From contig JAOLXX010000008.1 of assembly GCA_028343155.1 (NCBI GenBank), positions 3,342-67,341 of the forward strand: DNA of 64,000 bases, read 5' to 3'. The notes beneath the pieces are model-generated. The model was not told the DNA's origin. It searched no databases and worked only from the letters and a program-made list of their open reading frames with translations. Within the stretch, counting starts at the first letter, position 1. Each line of letters opens with the position of its first letter. Position numbers and translations under genes: made by a program. This DNA is from Polaribacter sp. GTDB lineage: Bacteria; Bacteroidota; Bacteroidia; Flavobacteriales; Flavobacteriaceae. This document shows positions 50,213 to 60,130 of the stretch, piece by piece.

Positions 50213-51532
50213 TCACTGTCCTAAAAGACTTATTTTAAAAGTTGTTGATGTTTGTTTTGTTATTTCAAAACGATTGTCTTGTCGATGACCAACAATCCAC
50301 AGAACGTGATTGTTATTATTGCAAAGAATCCAAGTATTTTGTTTTTCAAAAAGGGAGAATTTCTCATCCTTAAAGTATTTGCTTACTTTCTTTTTCCCTT
50401 TCATTCCTGTGGGATAGAAAAAATCTCCATTCTCCCATTTTCTTAGTTTTAAAGGAAAAATTAAGAGTTGTTTATCAATGTAAATAGTTTGCTTATTTTT
50501 AGTTGAATTTTCTTTTACATCTTCAAATTTTAATTGGATAGGTTTAGTAATTTCTGTTTGATTTTCTTCAATTAAAAATACATTTTCAAATATCGGAGAT
50601 GGCTCTTTTTTAAGTAATAACAAAAACGCTCTGTCCTTTAATAAAACATGTGTTTTGGAAAATACTTGTTTACCTGACTGTGCAGAAAGTAAGTTGTATA
50701 CATCATTCCATTCTGTAAAATTATATCTTTTCAAAAATTGATATAAATACGCTTTAGGGTTGGATAATGCTGCTATTTTTTCAATACTAATTTTAAGAAC
50801 TTTTTCTTCAATAGTTAGAATCTCTGGTGTGACTTTTTCAATTCGATCTTCAATTATTTGTTGGCTTTCTTTTAAATGCGCTCTTGTTTTGGCAAAGGTT
50901 TCTAATAGACTAGGATTTATTTCCTTTAAAACGGGAAGCACTTGATGTCTTATTATATTTCTAATATATTTTGTCGAAGCATTGCTTTTGTCTTCCCTCC
51001 AATCAATATGGTTTTCTCTTACAAAAGCGAAAATATCATTACGAGAAAATTTTAAAAGAGGACGTACAATATTTACGTTGATCTCAGGAATTCCTGTCAA
51101 GCCATCTAATCCAGTCCCACGCGTTAAATTAATTAGAAAAGTTTCTATATGATCATCTGCATGATGTGCGGTTAAAATATTATCAAAAGAATGTTGTTCT
51201 GCTAATTTTTGAAGCCAGCCATAACGCAATTCTCTTGCAGCAATTTGTGTAGATTGTTTGTTTTCTTTTGAAAATTGGGTAGTATTAAATTGCTTTGTAA
51301 ATACAGGCACTTTTAATTCTTTCCCTAATTTTATGACAAAGGCTTCATCTAAATCACTCTCTTTTCCACGCAAGTTAAAGTTGCAATGTGCTAAAGAAAT
51401 ATTAAAATTTAAAGCTGATAAAAGATGAGTTAAAACCACAGAATCAACACCGCCAGAGATGGCAATTAAAAGTTTTTTATCCTTTAAAAAAGAAAAATTA
51501 GTATTGATGTGATTTAAGAATTTCTGCAGCAT
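50213..51532 (-). CDS. tilS: tRNA(Ile)-lysidine synthetase
   Basis: SGGVDS, ARELRY, TAHHADD..ET, RPLL, D.SN....RN..RH. Confidence 0.95.
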   Translation of the reverse strand: MLQKFLNHINTNFSFLKDKKLLIAISGGVDSVVLTHLLSALNFNISLAHCNFNLRGKESDLDEAFVIKLGKELKVPVFTKQFNTTQFSKENKQSTQIAARELRYGWLQKLAEQHSFDNILTAHHADDHIETFLINLTRGTGLDGLTGIPEINVNIVRPLLKFSRNDIFAFVRENHIDWREDKSNASTKYIRNIIRHQVLPVLKEINPSLLETFAKTRAHLKESQQIIEDRIEKVTPEILTIEEKVLKISIEKIAALSNPKAYLYQFLKRYNFTEWNDVYNLLSAQSGKQVFSKTHVLLKDRAFLLLLKKEPSPIFENVFLIEENQTEITKPIQLKFEDVKENSTKNKQTIYIDKQLLIFPLKLRKWENGDFFYPTGMKGKKKVSKYFKDEKFSLFEKQNTWILCNNNNHVLWIVGHRQDNRFEITKQTSTTFKISLLGQ

Positions 51533-51553
51533 TATACTTCAAAAATACATAAA

Positions 51554-51790
51554 TTAAACGTGTTTTTTTAACCAAACACGAATCTCTTTTCTAATAGCAA
51601 CCTCTGGTTTTGCTAACGGGATGGTTTTACCAAATTGTTTACTTCTATTAAATTTAGCGAAAGTAACTTTTAGTTGTTTCCATTCTTTAGGATACAATTT
51701 TAAAAACTGGTTAAACATATTCTGTTCGGTTGGTTTTTCTGCTAAACTGGCGAACACTTTTTTGAAAAGTGCTTCTTGATTTAAAATCAT
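51554..51790 (-). CDS. Small hypothetical protein
   Basis: 78-aa ORF co-directional between pabB and tilS. Confidence 0.6.
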   Translation of the reverse strand: MILNQEALFKKVFASLAEKPTEQNMFNQFLKLYPKEWKQLKVTFAKFNRSKQFGKTIPLAKPEVAIRKEIRVWLKKHV

Positions 51791-51894
51791 ACTATAAAAA
51801 TTATCACTATTTTTTATTGTTTAAAATAAGTAAAAGTTACTCGATTTATTCTCATTCTAATAATGATTTGTTAAAAAAAATCTTTTTAATAATA

Positions 51895-53196
51895 TTATTT
51901 AGAATTCAATAAAACATACTTCATTGCTTTTGCTTTTAGCAAACATTCTTCATATTCTTTTTCTACAATAGATTTTGCTGTAATGGCACTTCCTACAGAG
52001 TAGGATACATATTTTTTTGTCTCATTATACAAGATACTTCTAATGATAACATTAAAATCAAAATCATTTTCTGGTGTAAAATAACCTACAGTACCAGAAT
52101 ACAAACCGCGCTTCGTTTCTTCTAAATCCTCAATTATTTTCATTGCAGAAATTTTTGGTGCTCCTGTCATGCTTCCCATTGGAAAACTATCTTTGAGAAC
52201 ATCTACTGGATGCGTAGTTTCTTCTATTTCAGAAACGACTGTGGAAATTAATTGATGCACTTGCTTAAAGGAATATACTTTGCATAATTCTTCTACTTTT
52301 ATACTTCCTTTTTTAGCAGTTTTAGACAAATCATTTCGAACCAAATCGACAATCATCACATTTTCTGCTCGTTCTTTTTCATTTCTCATTAAATCTGATG
52401 CTAATTTTGCGTCCTCAAGTTCACTTACCAATCTTTTTGCAGTTCCTTTTATGGGTTGAGAAATGATATGTAGTCCTTCTTTTTTAAGATACCTTTCTGG
52501 TGAAGCGCACAAAGCATATTTATCCTCTAATTTTAAAAAAGAGGCAAACGGAGGCTCAGAAATTTGGTTGAGGTGTTTGTATACTTCAACAGGATTTATT
52601 GTTGCATCTTCAGCATAAAATTCCTGACAAAAATTAGCTTCGTAAATATTTCCTTCTTTAATATGTTCTAAAAAGCGTGATGCTTTAGCGTAGTATTCAT
52701 CTTTATGAATTCTAAGTTTTATTTTAAGTTCGCTTTTAGGAACTTGACTTGTTGGTGACTTGAATTTTTGGATTTCTTCAAAGTCGTCTTTAATCTCATC
52801 ATCAACCATTTTCAAATAGTGAAACGCGATGGAATTTCCTTTGATGAAAAAAAGTTTTTTAGGCTGAAAGAAGTATAAATCTGCAAAATTTAAACCATCA
52901 AAATTAGTGGAAGAAAGTTGTTCTACATCATTTTTAACATCGTAGGTAATGTACCCAAAAATATAATCTTTGGTAATGCTTTGGTATTCTTTTAGTTTCT
53001 CAAAAGCCTTGTAATAATCTGTATGAATTGAAGTAAAATCATCCGCTGCCAAAACTCCATCAAAAGTAGAATACTTTTGATGGTCGTTGTTCGAATCTAG
53101 CCAAAGAACAGTTTCAAATTGCTGTGCCCAAGACAATAAATTGTGTTTGAATTCAATAATGTTTTCAACTGAAAAAGTTTCAATAGTTCTTTGCAT
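51895..53196 (-). CDS. pabB: Aminodeoxychorismate synthase component I
   Basis: SPERYL, PIKGT, KERAENVMIVDLVRNDL, GSMTGAPK. Confidence 0.88.
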   Translation of the reverse strand: MQRTIETFSVENIIEFKHNLLSWAQQFETVLWLDSNNDHQKYSTFDGVLAADDFTSIHTDYYKAFEKLKEYQSITKDYIFGYITYDVKNDVEQLSSTNFDGLNFADLYFFQPKKLFFIKGNSIAFHYLKMVDDEIKDDFEEIQKFKSPTSQVPKSELKIKLRIHKDEYYAKASRFLEHIKEGNIYEANFCQEFYAEDATINPVEVYKHLNQISEPPFASFLKLEDKYALCASPERYLKKEGLHIISQPIKGTAKRLVSELEDAKLASDLMRNEKERAENVMIVDLVRNDLSKTAKKGSIKVEELCKVYSFKQVHQLISTVVSEIEETTHPVDVLKDSFPMGSMTGAPKISAMKIIEDLEETKRGLYSGTVGYFTPENDFDFNVIIRSILYNETKKYVSYSVGSAITAKSIVEKEYEECLLKAKAMKYVLLNSK

Positions 53197-53327
53197 ATTT
53201 GTCGCAAAAATACAAATCTTATCGTTTAGAAAGCGGAATTTTTAAACTGATTCCTGTTTGTATATCTGGTGAGTTGTTCAATGCCAAATCTTGCTTAATA
53301 TAGAGTATAAAAGAATTTTGATATAAA

Positions 53328-54425
53328 TTAAGCTTTTACAGTTTTTCCTTTTTGTTTAGCAACTTCATTTCTTTCAATTGTATGTTCAGGGCGTGTCCAT
53401 TTTGGTTTCTCTCCTAATGCTTCAAATTTAGAATCTTTTGCTTCAACTGTCTGAGGTTGTACTTTTTTAGTAAATGGTTTCTGAGGATTTAACCCTAACA
53501 ATTCAAACATTTTCATGTCTTCGTTTACATCAGGATTTGGAGTTGTTAATAATTTGTCTCCAGCAAAAATAGAATTTGCTCCTGCAAAGAAACACATTGC
53601 TTGTCCTTCTCTACTCATTTGCGTTCTTCCTGCAGACAAACGAACTTGCGTTTCTGGTAATACAATTCGGGTTGTAGCAACCATTCGAATCATATCCCAA
53701 ATTTTAACAGGTTTTTCATCCTCTAAAGGAGTTCCTTCAACGGCAACTAACGCATTTATTGGCGTCGATTCTGGCTGTGGATTTAAGGTTGATAAAGCCA
53801 CTAACATTCCGGCTCTATCTTCTACAGATTCTCCCATTCCAATAATCCCACCAGAACAAACAGTAACATTTGTTTTTCTGACATTATCAATAGTATCTAA
53901 TCGATCTTGATAACCACGAGTTGAAATTACTTTTTTATAGTATTCTTCTGAGGAATCTAAATTATGATTATACGCATACAAGCCTGCTTCTGCTAAACGT
54001 TGTGCTTGATTTTCAGTAACCATTCCTAAGGTACAGCAAACTTCCATCTCTAATTTATTGATGCTTCTAACCATATCCAGCACTTGGTCAAATTCTGGTC
54101 CGTCTTTTACATTCCTCCAAGCAGCTCCCATACAAACTCTTGAACTTCCACTTTCTTTTGCTCTTAATGCTTGTGCTTTTACTTGGTTTACAGACATCAA
54201 ATCATTCCCTTCAACATTTGTGTGGTATCTTGCTGCTTGCGGACAATAACCACAATCTTCTGAACAGCCACCCGTTTTTATTGATAGTAAAGTAGACACT
54301 TGTACAACATTAGGATCATGCTGTTTTCTATGGATTGTTGCTGCATCGTACAACAACTCCATTAAGGGTCTGTTATAGATGTCCAATACTTCTTCTTTCG
54401 TCCAATTGTGTCTTATCTCGCTCAT
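53328..54425 (-). CDS. bioB: Biotin synthase
   Basis: CSEDCGYCPQ radical SAM motif, YNHNLD, VRLSAGR, GANSIF. Confidence 0.97.
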   Translation of the reverse strand: MSEIRHNWTKEEVLDIYNRPLMELLYDAATIHRKQHDPNVVQVSTLLSIKTGGCSEDCGYCPQAARYHTNVEGNDLMSVNQVKAQALRAKESGSSRVCMGAAWRNVKDGPEFDQVLDMVRSINKLEMEVCCTLGMVTENQAQRLAEAGLYAYNHNLDSSEEYYKKVISTRGYQDRLDTIDNVRKTNVTVCSGGIIGMGESVEDRAGMLVALSTLNPQPESTPINALVAVEGTPLEDEKPVKIWDMIRMVATTRIVLPETQVRLSAGRTQMSREGQAMCFFAGANSIFAGDKLLTTPNPDVNEDMKMFELLGLNPQKPFTKKVQPQTVEAKDSKFEALGEKPKWTRPEHTIERNEVAKQKGKTVKA

Positions 54426-54473
54426 AAATATGGGTTGTTTGATGGTTCAAAAATAAGGATAATGAATTGTAAT

Positions 54474-55670
54474 TTACGCATTATTTGTCAATAAAATAGA
54501 AACTGCATTTCCGCCAAATCCAACAGCATTTACCAAGATTTTTTGAAGCTGTTTTGGTTTTTGTTGATTTTTTGAAAAAGGGACTGCAATTACTTTTTGA
54601 TAGCGTAATTGTAATAATGCCAATTCTAGACTTAACATTCCTGAAGTTCCAAAAGTATGTCCAAGTTTCCACTTGTTAGTAGTTAGAAAAGGTCTTTTAT
54701 TACAAAAAACTTTTTCAATTGCATTTACTTCTGAAAGATCTCCTTTTATTGTTCCAGGTGCGTGCATCACAATGACATCAACTTCATCAGGTTTCATATC
54801 TCCTAAAGCCATTTTTATTGACTTTTGGAAGCATATTGCATCAGTAGAAATTGACGTGTTATGTTTTAAAACTTCTGTAGCAAAACCTACTCCAGAAATA
54901 GTTGCCAATGCATTTTTTACAATTCCTTTTTCTAAACAAATTGCGGCGGCTCCTTCCCCTAAAACCATCGTGTTTTGCTTTTTTTTTAAATCCAGAGAAC
55001 GGCAGGGGAAATATTCTTTTGTCTTTTTATGAGATTCTGAAACAGGTTCAGAATCATGCTTCGCATACACTTTTAAAGCTTGCATTTGTGCTATTGTAAA
55101 ATCAGTTAAGGCAGCTTCACTTCCGCCAACTAAAAATTTGTTTGACATTCCAGAATTGATCCAAGCAACTCCATTTAATAAGGAATGTAATGCTGTAGAG
55201 CAGGTTATTGAATGCGATATTTCTGGTCCAGAAGTATGTAAATCGTGTGCAACCCAAGAAGAAATATTTCCTAAAGTGGTGGTTGGAGAACTTAAGGTTG
55301 ATGATTTCTGAGTTGCTAAAAATTCTTTGTGATATTTTTCAAAAAGGGAGGTTGCTCCTCTTGAGGATCCAAAATTAACGCCAAAGTTATCTTTGGATGT
55401 CCAATTTGCACTTTTTACCGCTTCTCTAGAAGCATAAATTGCAAACAAAACAGAGTCATCTAAGTTTTTATATTTTGAATCTGACCTTTTTAAATCTGCT
55501 ATTATTTTTTGATTTTCTTCGGAAATTTGCCCAACAAAAACCTTCTTTCCATTCACGTCTTTTTCAGATAAAAAGTGTTCGTCGAACAAATAGTTTTGCC
55601 AAACTTCTTCTAGATTGCATCCTAATGCAGAAATAGAGGCGACAGCTGTGATAGAAATAGGTTCCTTCAT
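54474..55670 (-). CDS. FabF-like beta-ketoacyl synthase in the biotin cluster
   Basis: SITCST, MHAPGT, KWKLGHT, NAVGFGGN; start moved to MKEPISIT. Confidence 0.88.
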   Translation of the reverse strand: MKEPISITAVASISALGCNLEEVWQNYLFDEHFLSEKDVNGKKVFVGQISEENQKIIADLKRSDSKYKNLDDSVLFAIYASREAVKSANWTSKDNFGVNFGSSRGATSLFEKYHKEFLATQKSSTLSSPTTTLGNISSWVAHDLHTSGPEISHSITCSTALHSLLNGVAWINSGMSNKFLVGGSEAALTDFTIAQMQALKVYAKHDSEPVSESHKKTKEYFPCRSLDLKKKQNTMVLGEGAAAICLEKGIVKNALATISGVGFATEVLKHNTSISTDAICFQKSIKMALGDMKPDEVDVIVMHAPGTIKGDLSEVNAIEKVFCNKRPFLTTNKWKLGHTFGTSGMLSLELALLQLRYQKVIAVPFSKNQQKPKQLQKILVNAVGFGGNAVSILLTNNA

Positions 55671-55700
55671 ACATTGCAAAAATAGGAATTCTTCTTGTAA

Positions 55701-55733
55701 AGACCTCACAGGTTTTGAAAACCTGAAAGATCT
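55701..55733. repeat. REP-like palindrome copy 4
   Basis: AGACCTCACAGGTTTTGAAAACCTGAAAGATCT. Confidence 0.7.
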
Positions 55734-55792
55734 TTTCTATACTAATTTTTGAGTTTGAAAAAAGAAAACCTTTATCTTGTCGAAAAAAGAGT

Positions 55793-56236
55793 ATGGAAGA
55801 AATAAAACAAAAGAATTGGTTTCAAAAAAACTGGATTTGGGCAGTTCCAGTTGGAGGTTGTGGTTGTGGCTGCCTTTTAATTATTTTGTTTTTCATTTTT
55901 GGAGTAGGTGCCACACTTTTTGGAATTTCTAAAATGTTTGATGATGCCATTCCTGTAAAATATGCAACAGAATTGGCTTTTAAGAATTCAAATGTTATTG
56001 AAAATATAGGCGATTCAATAGAAAAAGAGGGCATTCCTTCTGGCATTATTTCTTTAGCAGATGGCGATGGCGAAATTGATTTTTCTATTTCGATAAAGGG
56101 TACTAAAGGAGCAGCAACGATTATTGTGAAAGGGATAAAAGTGAATGGAGAATGGGTGTACGAAGACTTATATGTTTTGATAAAAGAAAGTCAAGAACAA
56201 ATTAATTTATTAGAAGAAGTTGTTGAAAGTTTTTAA
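55793..56236 (+). CDS. Coa1/Tim21-like single-TM membrane protein
   Basis: NWFQKNW.W.VP.GGC, one TM helix, IG..I..G, I.IKG.KG.A.I. Confidence 0.65.
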   Translation: MEEIKQKNWFQKNWIWAVPVGGCGCGCLLIILFFIFGVGATLFGISKMFDDAIPVKYATELAFKNSNVIENIGDSIEKEGIPSGIISLADGDGEIDFSISIKGTKGAATIIVKGIKVNGEWVYEDLYVLIKESQEQINLLEEVVESF

Positions 56237-56247
56237 AACGGAACGTC

Positions 56248-57513
56248 TTAAACAATCTCTAAAGATTCCTCAATCGTTTTATAGACTTTTTCTAATTGAT
56301 TTTTAGTAATTACATACGGAACTTGAATGTAAATAGTGTTTCCTAATGGGCGTAAAAACACACCTTTTTCCATAAAAAACTGAAGTAATTTGTCTCTTAA
56401 ATTACCATAACGCTCCATTTTTGTATCTAAATCTAAGGCAAAAATTACCCCCAGAGAACGCGCCGTTTTTACTTTTGGATGTTTTGCAATGTATTCTTGA
56501 AATTGTTTGTGTGATGCTGAAATTGTTTTTATATTTTGTTGAATTTCATCGGTTTGCAATAATTCTATAGCAGCGTTTGCTGCTGTACAGGCAATTGGAT
56601 TTGCAGAATAGGTGTGGCAATGAAAAAAACCTTTTGCCATTTTATTACTTAAAAATGCAGTATAAATTTTTTCGGTACAAGAGGTAATTGCCATCGGCAC
56701 CAAACCAGCTGTTAAGGCTTTGCTTAAGCAAATAATGTCGGGTTTTATCGTCATAAAATCAGAGGCAAAATTGCTTCCTGTTTTTCCAAAACCGGTCATT
56801 ACTTCATCTGCAATTGTTAAAATATTCTTAGTTTTAAAAAATTTTAAAATGGTATTTAATCCGTTTGCATCGTGAATTTTCATTCCTGCTGCTCCTTGAA
56901 TAATGGGTTCGTAAATAAAACCAGCGATTTTATTTTCTGAAGTTATTTTTTCTAACTGCGCTAAAATTGTTTCGTGATTTTGTCCATTTGGTGTAGGAAT
57001 ACGCTTTACGTCCATCAAAAAGTCTTCAAAAGGACCGTTATAAACTGACAAACCAGAAACAGCCATTGCACCAAAAGTATCGCCATGAAATCCGTTTTCG
57101 AAAGCAATAAAAGTGTTGCGTTTTTCTTCTAAATTAAAATAGTATTGCAATGCCATTTTAATTCCTGCCTCTACAGCAGTTGATCCATTGTCGTTAAAAA
57201 AAATTCTATTTTGATTGTTAGGCAAAATTTTAATTAACCCTTCAGAGAGTTTTATGGCGGGTTCGTGCGTAAAATCGCTAAACATTATTTGATCTAAAGT
57301 TTGCATTTGTTTGTACACACGACTTGTGATATACTCGTTGCAGTGCCCAAACATGCAGGTATACCAAGAAGAAAGAGCATCTATATATTCATTGCCTTTT
57401 TCGTCTGTTAAAATGGAGGCTTTTGCCCTTGTAATTGCCAAACTTTCTGGGTGTGTTTGGTGCTGTTTTAATGGATGCCAAAGGTGTTTTTTATCTCTTT
57501 CTTGTAATGTCAT
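56248..57513 (-). CDS. bioA: Adenosylmethionine-8-amino-7-oxononanoate transaminase
   Basis: LWHP..Q, GSTAVE, FHGDT, DEVMTGFGKTG, SKALT, LRPLGN. Confidence 0.96.
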   Translation of the reverse strand: MTLQERDKKHLWHPLKQHQTHPESLAITRAKASILTDEKGNEYIDALSSWYTCMFGHCNEYITSRVYKQMQTLDQIMFSDFTHEPAIKLSEGLIKILPNNQNRIFFNDNGSTAVEAGIKMALQYYFNLEEKRNTFIAFENGFHGDTFGAMAVSGLSVYNGPFEDFLMDVKRIPTPNGQNHETILAQLEKITSENKIAGFIYEPIIQGAAGMKIHDANGLNTILKFFKTKNILTIADEVMTGFGKTGSNFASDFMTIKPDIICLSKALTAGLVPMAITSCTEKIYTAFLSNKMAKGFFHCHTYSANPIACTAANAAIELLQTDEIQQNIKTISASHKQFQEYIAKHPKVKTARSLGVIFALDLDTKMERYGNLRDKLLQFFMEKGVFLRPLGNTIYIQVPYVITKNQLEKVYKTIEESLEIV

Positions 57514-57526
57514 AATTATTTTTTGT

Positions 57527-57553
57527 GTTATTCCGAACTTGCTTCGGAATTTC
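57527..57553 (-). repeat. REP-like hairpin (GAGATTCYGAA-N5-TTCRGAATGAC family), intergenic copy
   Basis: Minus strand GAAATTCCGAA-gcaag-TTCGGAATAAC. Confidence 0.65.
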
Positions 57554-57649
57554 ATCTTATAGGTAGTTTAAAGTTTTAAAGTAGGGTTCAATTTCCATTT
57601 TTTGTGGCAATGCTTCAAAAATAAATCTTTTAAATCATATTTCTTGTCA

Positions 57650-58906
57650 CTACTTCACAATTAAAACCTCATTAATGTTCGTGGTAAATTTAGGTGATAA
57701 TCGTTCTTGACGCATTTTCCAAGTTCGTTTTAAATCTTGATTTCCTAACTTAATTTTGTCTGCTTTAAATTTTTTATTCAATCCATCAATTGCAGACATC
57801 AATGGTTTGTGTTTTGGGTTTTCTTGCGAAAACAAGTTCAATTGAAAATTATCATTTGCTACCAATCCAGTAAGGATAACACCTGCTCTTTTGTATTTAA
57901 TTCCTGTTCTAAAAATGCTTTTTACAGCTGCTACAGCGGCGTTTGTAATCACTAATGTTGAGGCTGTTGGGCATGAAAAAACAACGGTTTTACTTTCTCG
58001 ATGTTGTTGCGAATCTTTTTGATATCGGTCACTAGAAAGTTGGACGATTAGCATGTGACAATTCGATTCTTGTGCTCGTAATTTTTCTGCACAATTTGCG
58101 GCAAAAGTTGAGATTCGCTCCTTTATATTGTCGATGTCTGAATAGGTGTACTCAAAACTTCTAGTCGTTGCAATCATCTTTTTAGAGGATACCTCTTCCA
58201 GTGGAATTTTAGAAATTCCTTGTAAATCTTTTTGCAATCGCCAAACTACAATCGATAAATTCTTTAGAACCCAATCACTTGGGATTTGTGTAAAATCATA
58301 GGCGGTTATACAACCTTTGTCTTCTAGTCGTTTTTTTAATTGTTTTCCAATACCCCAAACATTGCCAATCTTTGTCCATTTTAAGGCTTTTATTCTTTTT
58401 TCTTCAGAGTCTATAATACAAATTCCTTTTGACTGTTTTAGATTAGAACGTGCAATTTTATTAGCAACTTTCGTCAATGCTTTTGTTGGTGCAACGCCAA
58501 CGCAAGTTGGTATGCCTGTCCATTTTAAAACCCTGCTTCTAATTTTTGTGGCATATGTTTCTAAATTATAATTTTCGAACCCTTTTAATTCCAAAAAAGA
58601 TTCATCGATAGAATAGACTTCTACGTCTGGAGAAAAATCTGCTAAAATATTCATGACTCTTATACTCATATCTCCATACAAAGGATAATTAGAAGACAGT
58701 ACCGTAATATTTTTTTCTTTACAAAATTGCTCCCATTTAAAAATTGGCGCACCAAAAGGGAGTTGTAATTTTTTGGCTTCATCGCTCATAGAGATAACGC
58801 AACCATCGTTATTGCTTAAAATAGCAACCGGTTTATTTTGTAAATTCGGATTAAAAACCCGTTCACAAGAAGCATAAAAATTATTACAATCTATGAGTGC
58901 AAACAT
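57650..58906 (-). CDS. umuC: Y-family DNA polymerase V catalytic subunit
   Basis: DCNNFYASCE, LSNNDGC, SSNY.LYGDMS, YSIDE, W.MRQE.LSP..TT. Confidence 0.95.
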   Translation of the reverse strand: MFALIDCNNFYASCERVFNPNLQNKPVAILSNNDGCVISMSDEAKKLQLPFGAPIFKWEQFCKEKNITVLSSNYPLYGDMSIRVMNILADFSPDVEVYSIDESFLELKGFENYNLETYATKIRSRVLKWTGIPTCVGVAPTKALTKVANKIARSNLKQSKGICIIDSEEKRIKALKWTKIGNVWGIGKQLKKRLEDKGCITAYDFTQIPSDWVLKNLSIVVWRLQKDLQGISKIPLEEVSSKKMIATTRSFEYTYSDIDNIKERISTFAANCAEKLRAQESNCHMLIVQLSSDRYQKDSQQHRESKTVVFSCPTASTLVITNAAVAAVKSIFRTGIKYKRAGVILTGLVANDNFQLNLFSQENPKHKPLMSAIDGLNKKFKADKIKLGNQDLKRTWKMRQERLSPKFTTNINEVLIVK

Positions 58907-58943
58907 CCTGTAAAGGTACCAAAATTTGTCTATTTTTGTATTG

Positions 58944-60128
58944 ATGAATTTGCCAAAGAAGTTAACAATTAAATTAAAATCTCGTAAAGAAACGAATTGT
59001 TTACGAAGTTTAAAAGCACCTGCTAGTTTGGTTGATTTTTCTTCTAATGATTATTTAGGTTTTGCAAAGTCTGAAGAAATATTTGATAAAGCACATCAAC
59101 TTTTGGTGGATAGAAACATCAAACAAAATGGAGCAACAGGAAGTCGACTGCTTTCGGGGAACCATCTTTTAAATACAGAAGTTGAAGCTTTGTTAAGTGA
59201 TTTTCATCAAACGCAATCTGCTACTATTTTTAATTCTGGTTACGATGCGAATATTGGATTTTTTTCTGCGGTTCCACAACGTGGAGACGTTATTTTATAT
59301 GACGAATTTATTCACGCTTCTATACGCGATGGTATTCAACTAAGCAATGCCAAATCTTTTAAGTTTAAACACAACAGTCTAAATAGTTTAGATGAGATAC
59401 TGAAACGAGTTCAGTATGACAATTCGGATATCTACGTTGTTACAGAAGCTGTTTTTTCTATGGATGGTGATTCCCCAGATTTAGTTCAATTTTCAAAAAT
59501 CTGTCAAAAAAATAAGGCTTTTTTAATTGTTGATGAAGCACATGCCGTAGGTGTTTTTGGAAAAAATGGTGTTGGAATTGTACAAGAACTCGACTTACAA
59601 CATCACGTTTTTGCAAGAATTATTACTTTCGGAAAAGGTTTAGGTTGCCATGGAGCTGCTATTTTAGGAAGTAATGATTTGCAACAATATTTAGTCAATT
59701 TTGCACGAAGTTTTATTTATACAACAGCCTTGTCTCCTCATTCTTTGGCAACAATAAATAGGGTTTATGATATACTAAATGTCGGTTCGGATGGTTCCGA
59801 TTTTGGGTGGAATTGTATTGAGAACTCTCAAGAAAAACTACAAAAGAACATTCAGTTTTTTAATTCGGAAATAGAAAAAACAGATTTAAAAAATATTTTT
59901 ATTGAAAGCAATTCTGCCATTCATTGTTGTGTGATTGCTGGAAATGAAAAAGTAAAGTTAATTTCGGAGCAGTTGCAAGAAAAGGGTTTTGATGTAAGGG
60001 CAATTTTATCACCCACAGTAAAAGAAAACCAAGAACGGTTGCGTTTTTGCTTGCATCGCTATAATTCTAAGGAAGAAATTAGTGAAGTTTTACAGTTGCT
60101 TACTACTTTTACAAAAAAAGTATTCTAA
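58944..60128 (+). CDS. bioF: 8-amino-7-oxononanoate synthase
   Basis: FSSNDYLG, GSRLLSG, HASIRDG, FSMDGD, DEAH, TFGKGLG. Confidence 0.95.
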   Translation: MNLPKKLTIKLKSRKETNCLRSLKAPASLVDFSSNDYLGFAKSEEIFDKAHQLLVDRNIKQNGATGSRLLSGNHLLNTEVEALLSDFHQTQSATIFNSGYDANIGFFSAVPQRGDVILYDEFIHASIRDGIQLSNAKSFKFKHNSLNSLDEILKRVQYDNSDIYVVTEAVFSMDGDSPDLVQFSKICQKNKAFLIVDEAHAVGVFGKNGVGIVQELDLQHHVFARIITFGKGLGCHGAAILGSNDLQQYLVNFARSFIYTTALSPHSLATINRVYDILNVGSDGSDFGWNCIENSQEKLQKNIQFFNSEIEKTDLKNIFIESNSAIHCCVIAGNEKVKLISEQLQEKGFDVRAILSPTVKENQERLRFCLHRYNSKEEISEVLQLLTTFTKKVF

Positions 60129-60130
60129 TT

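Noticed and set aside
52725-52772. Heptamer-like repeat inside pabB (KFKSPTSQVPKSE)
   Set aside because: Periodicity too weak to separate from chance without an orthologue alignment
1719-58571. Many short ORF-track entries overlapping or antisense to known genes (e.g. 1719-2018, 13094-13381, 27288-27596, 53515-53910, 54673-55032)
   Set aside because: Shadow ORFs of well-supported genes with no recognisable motifs
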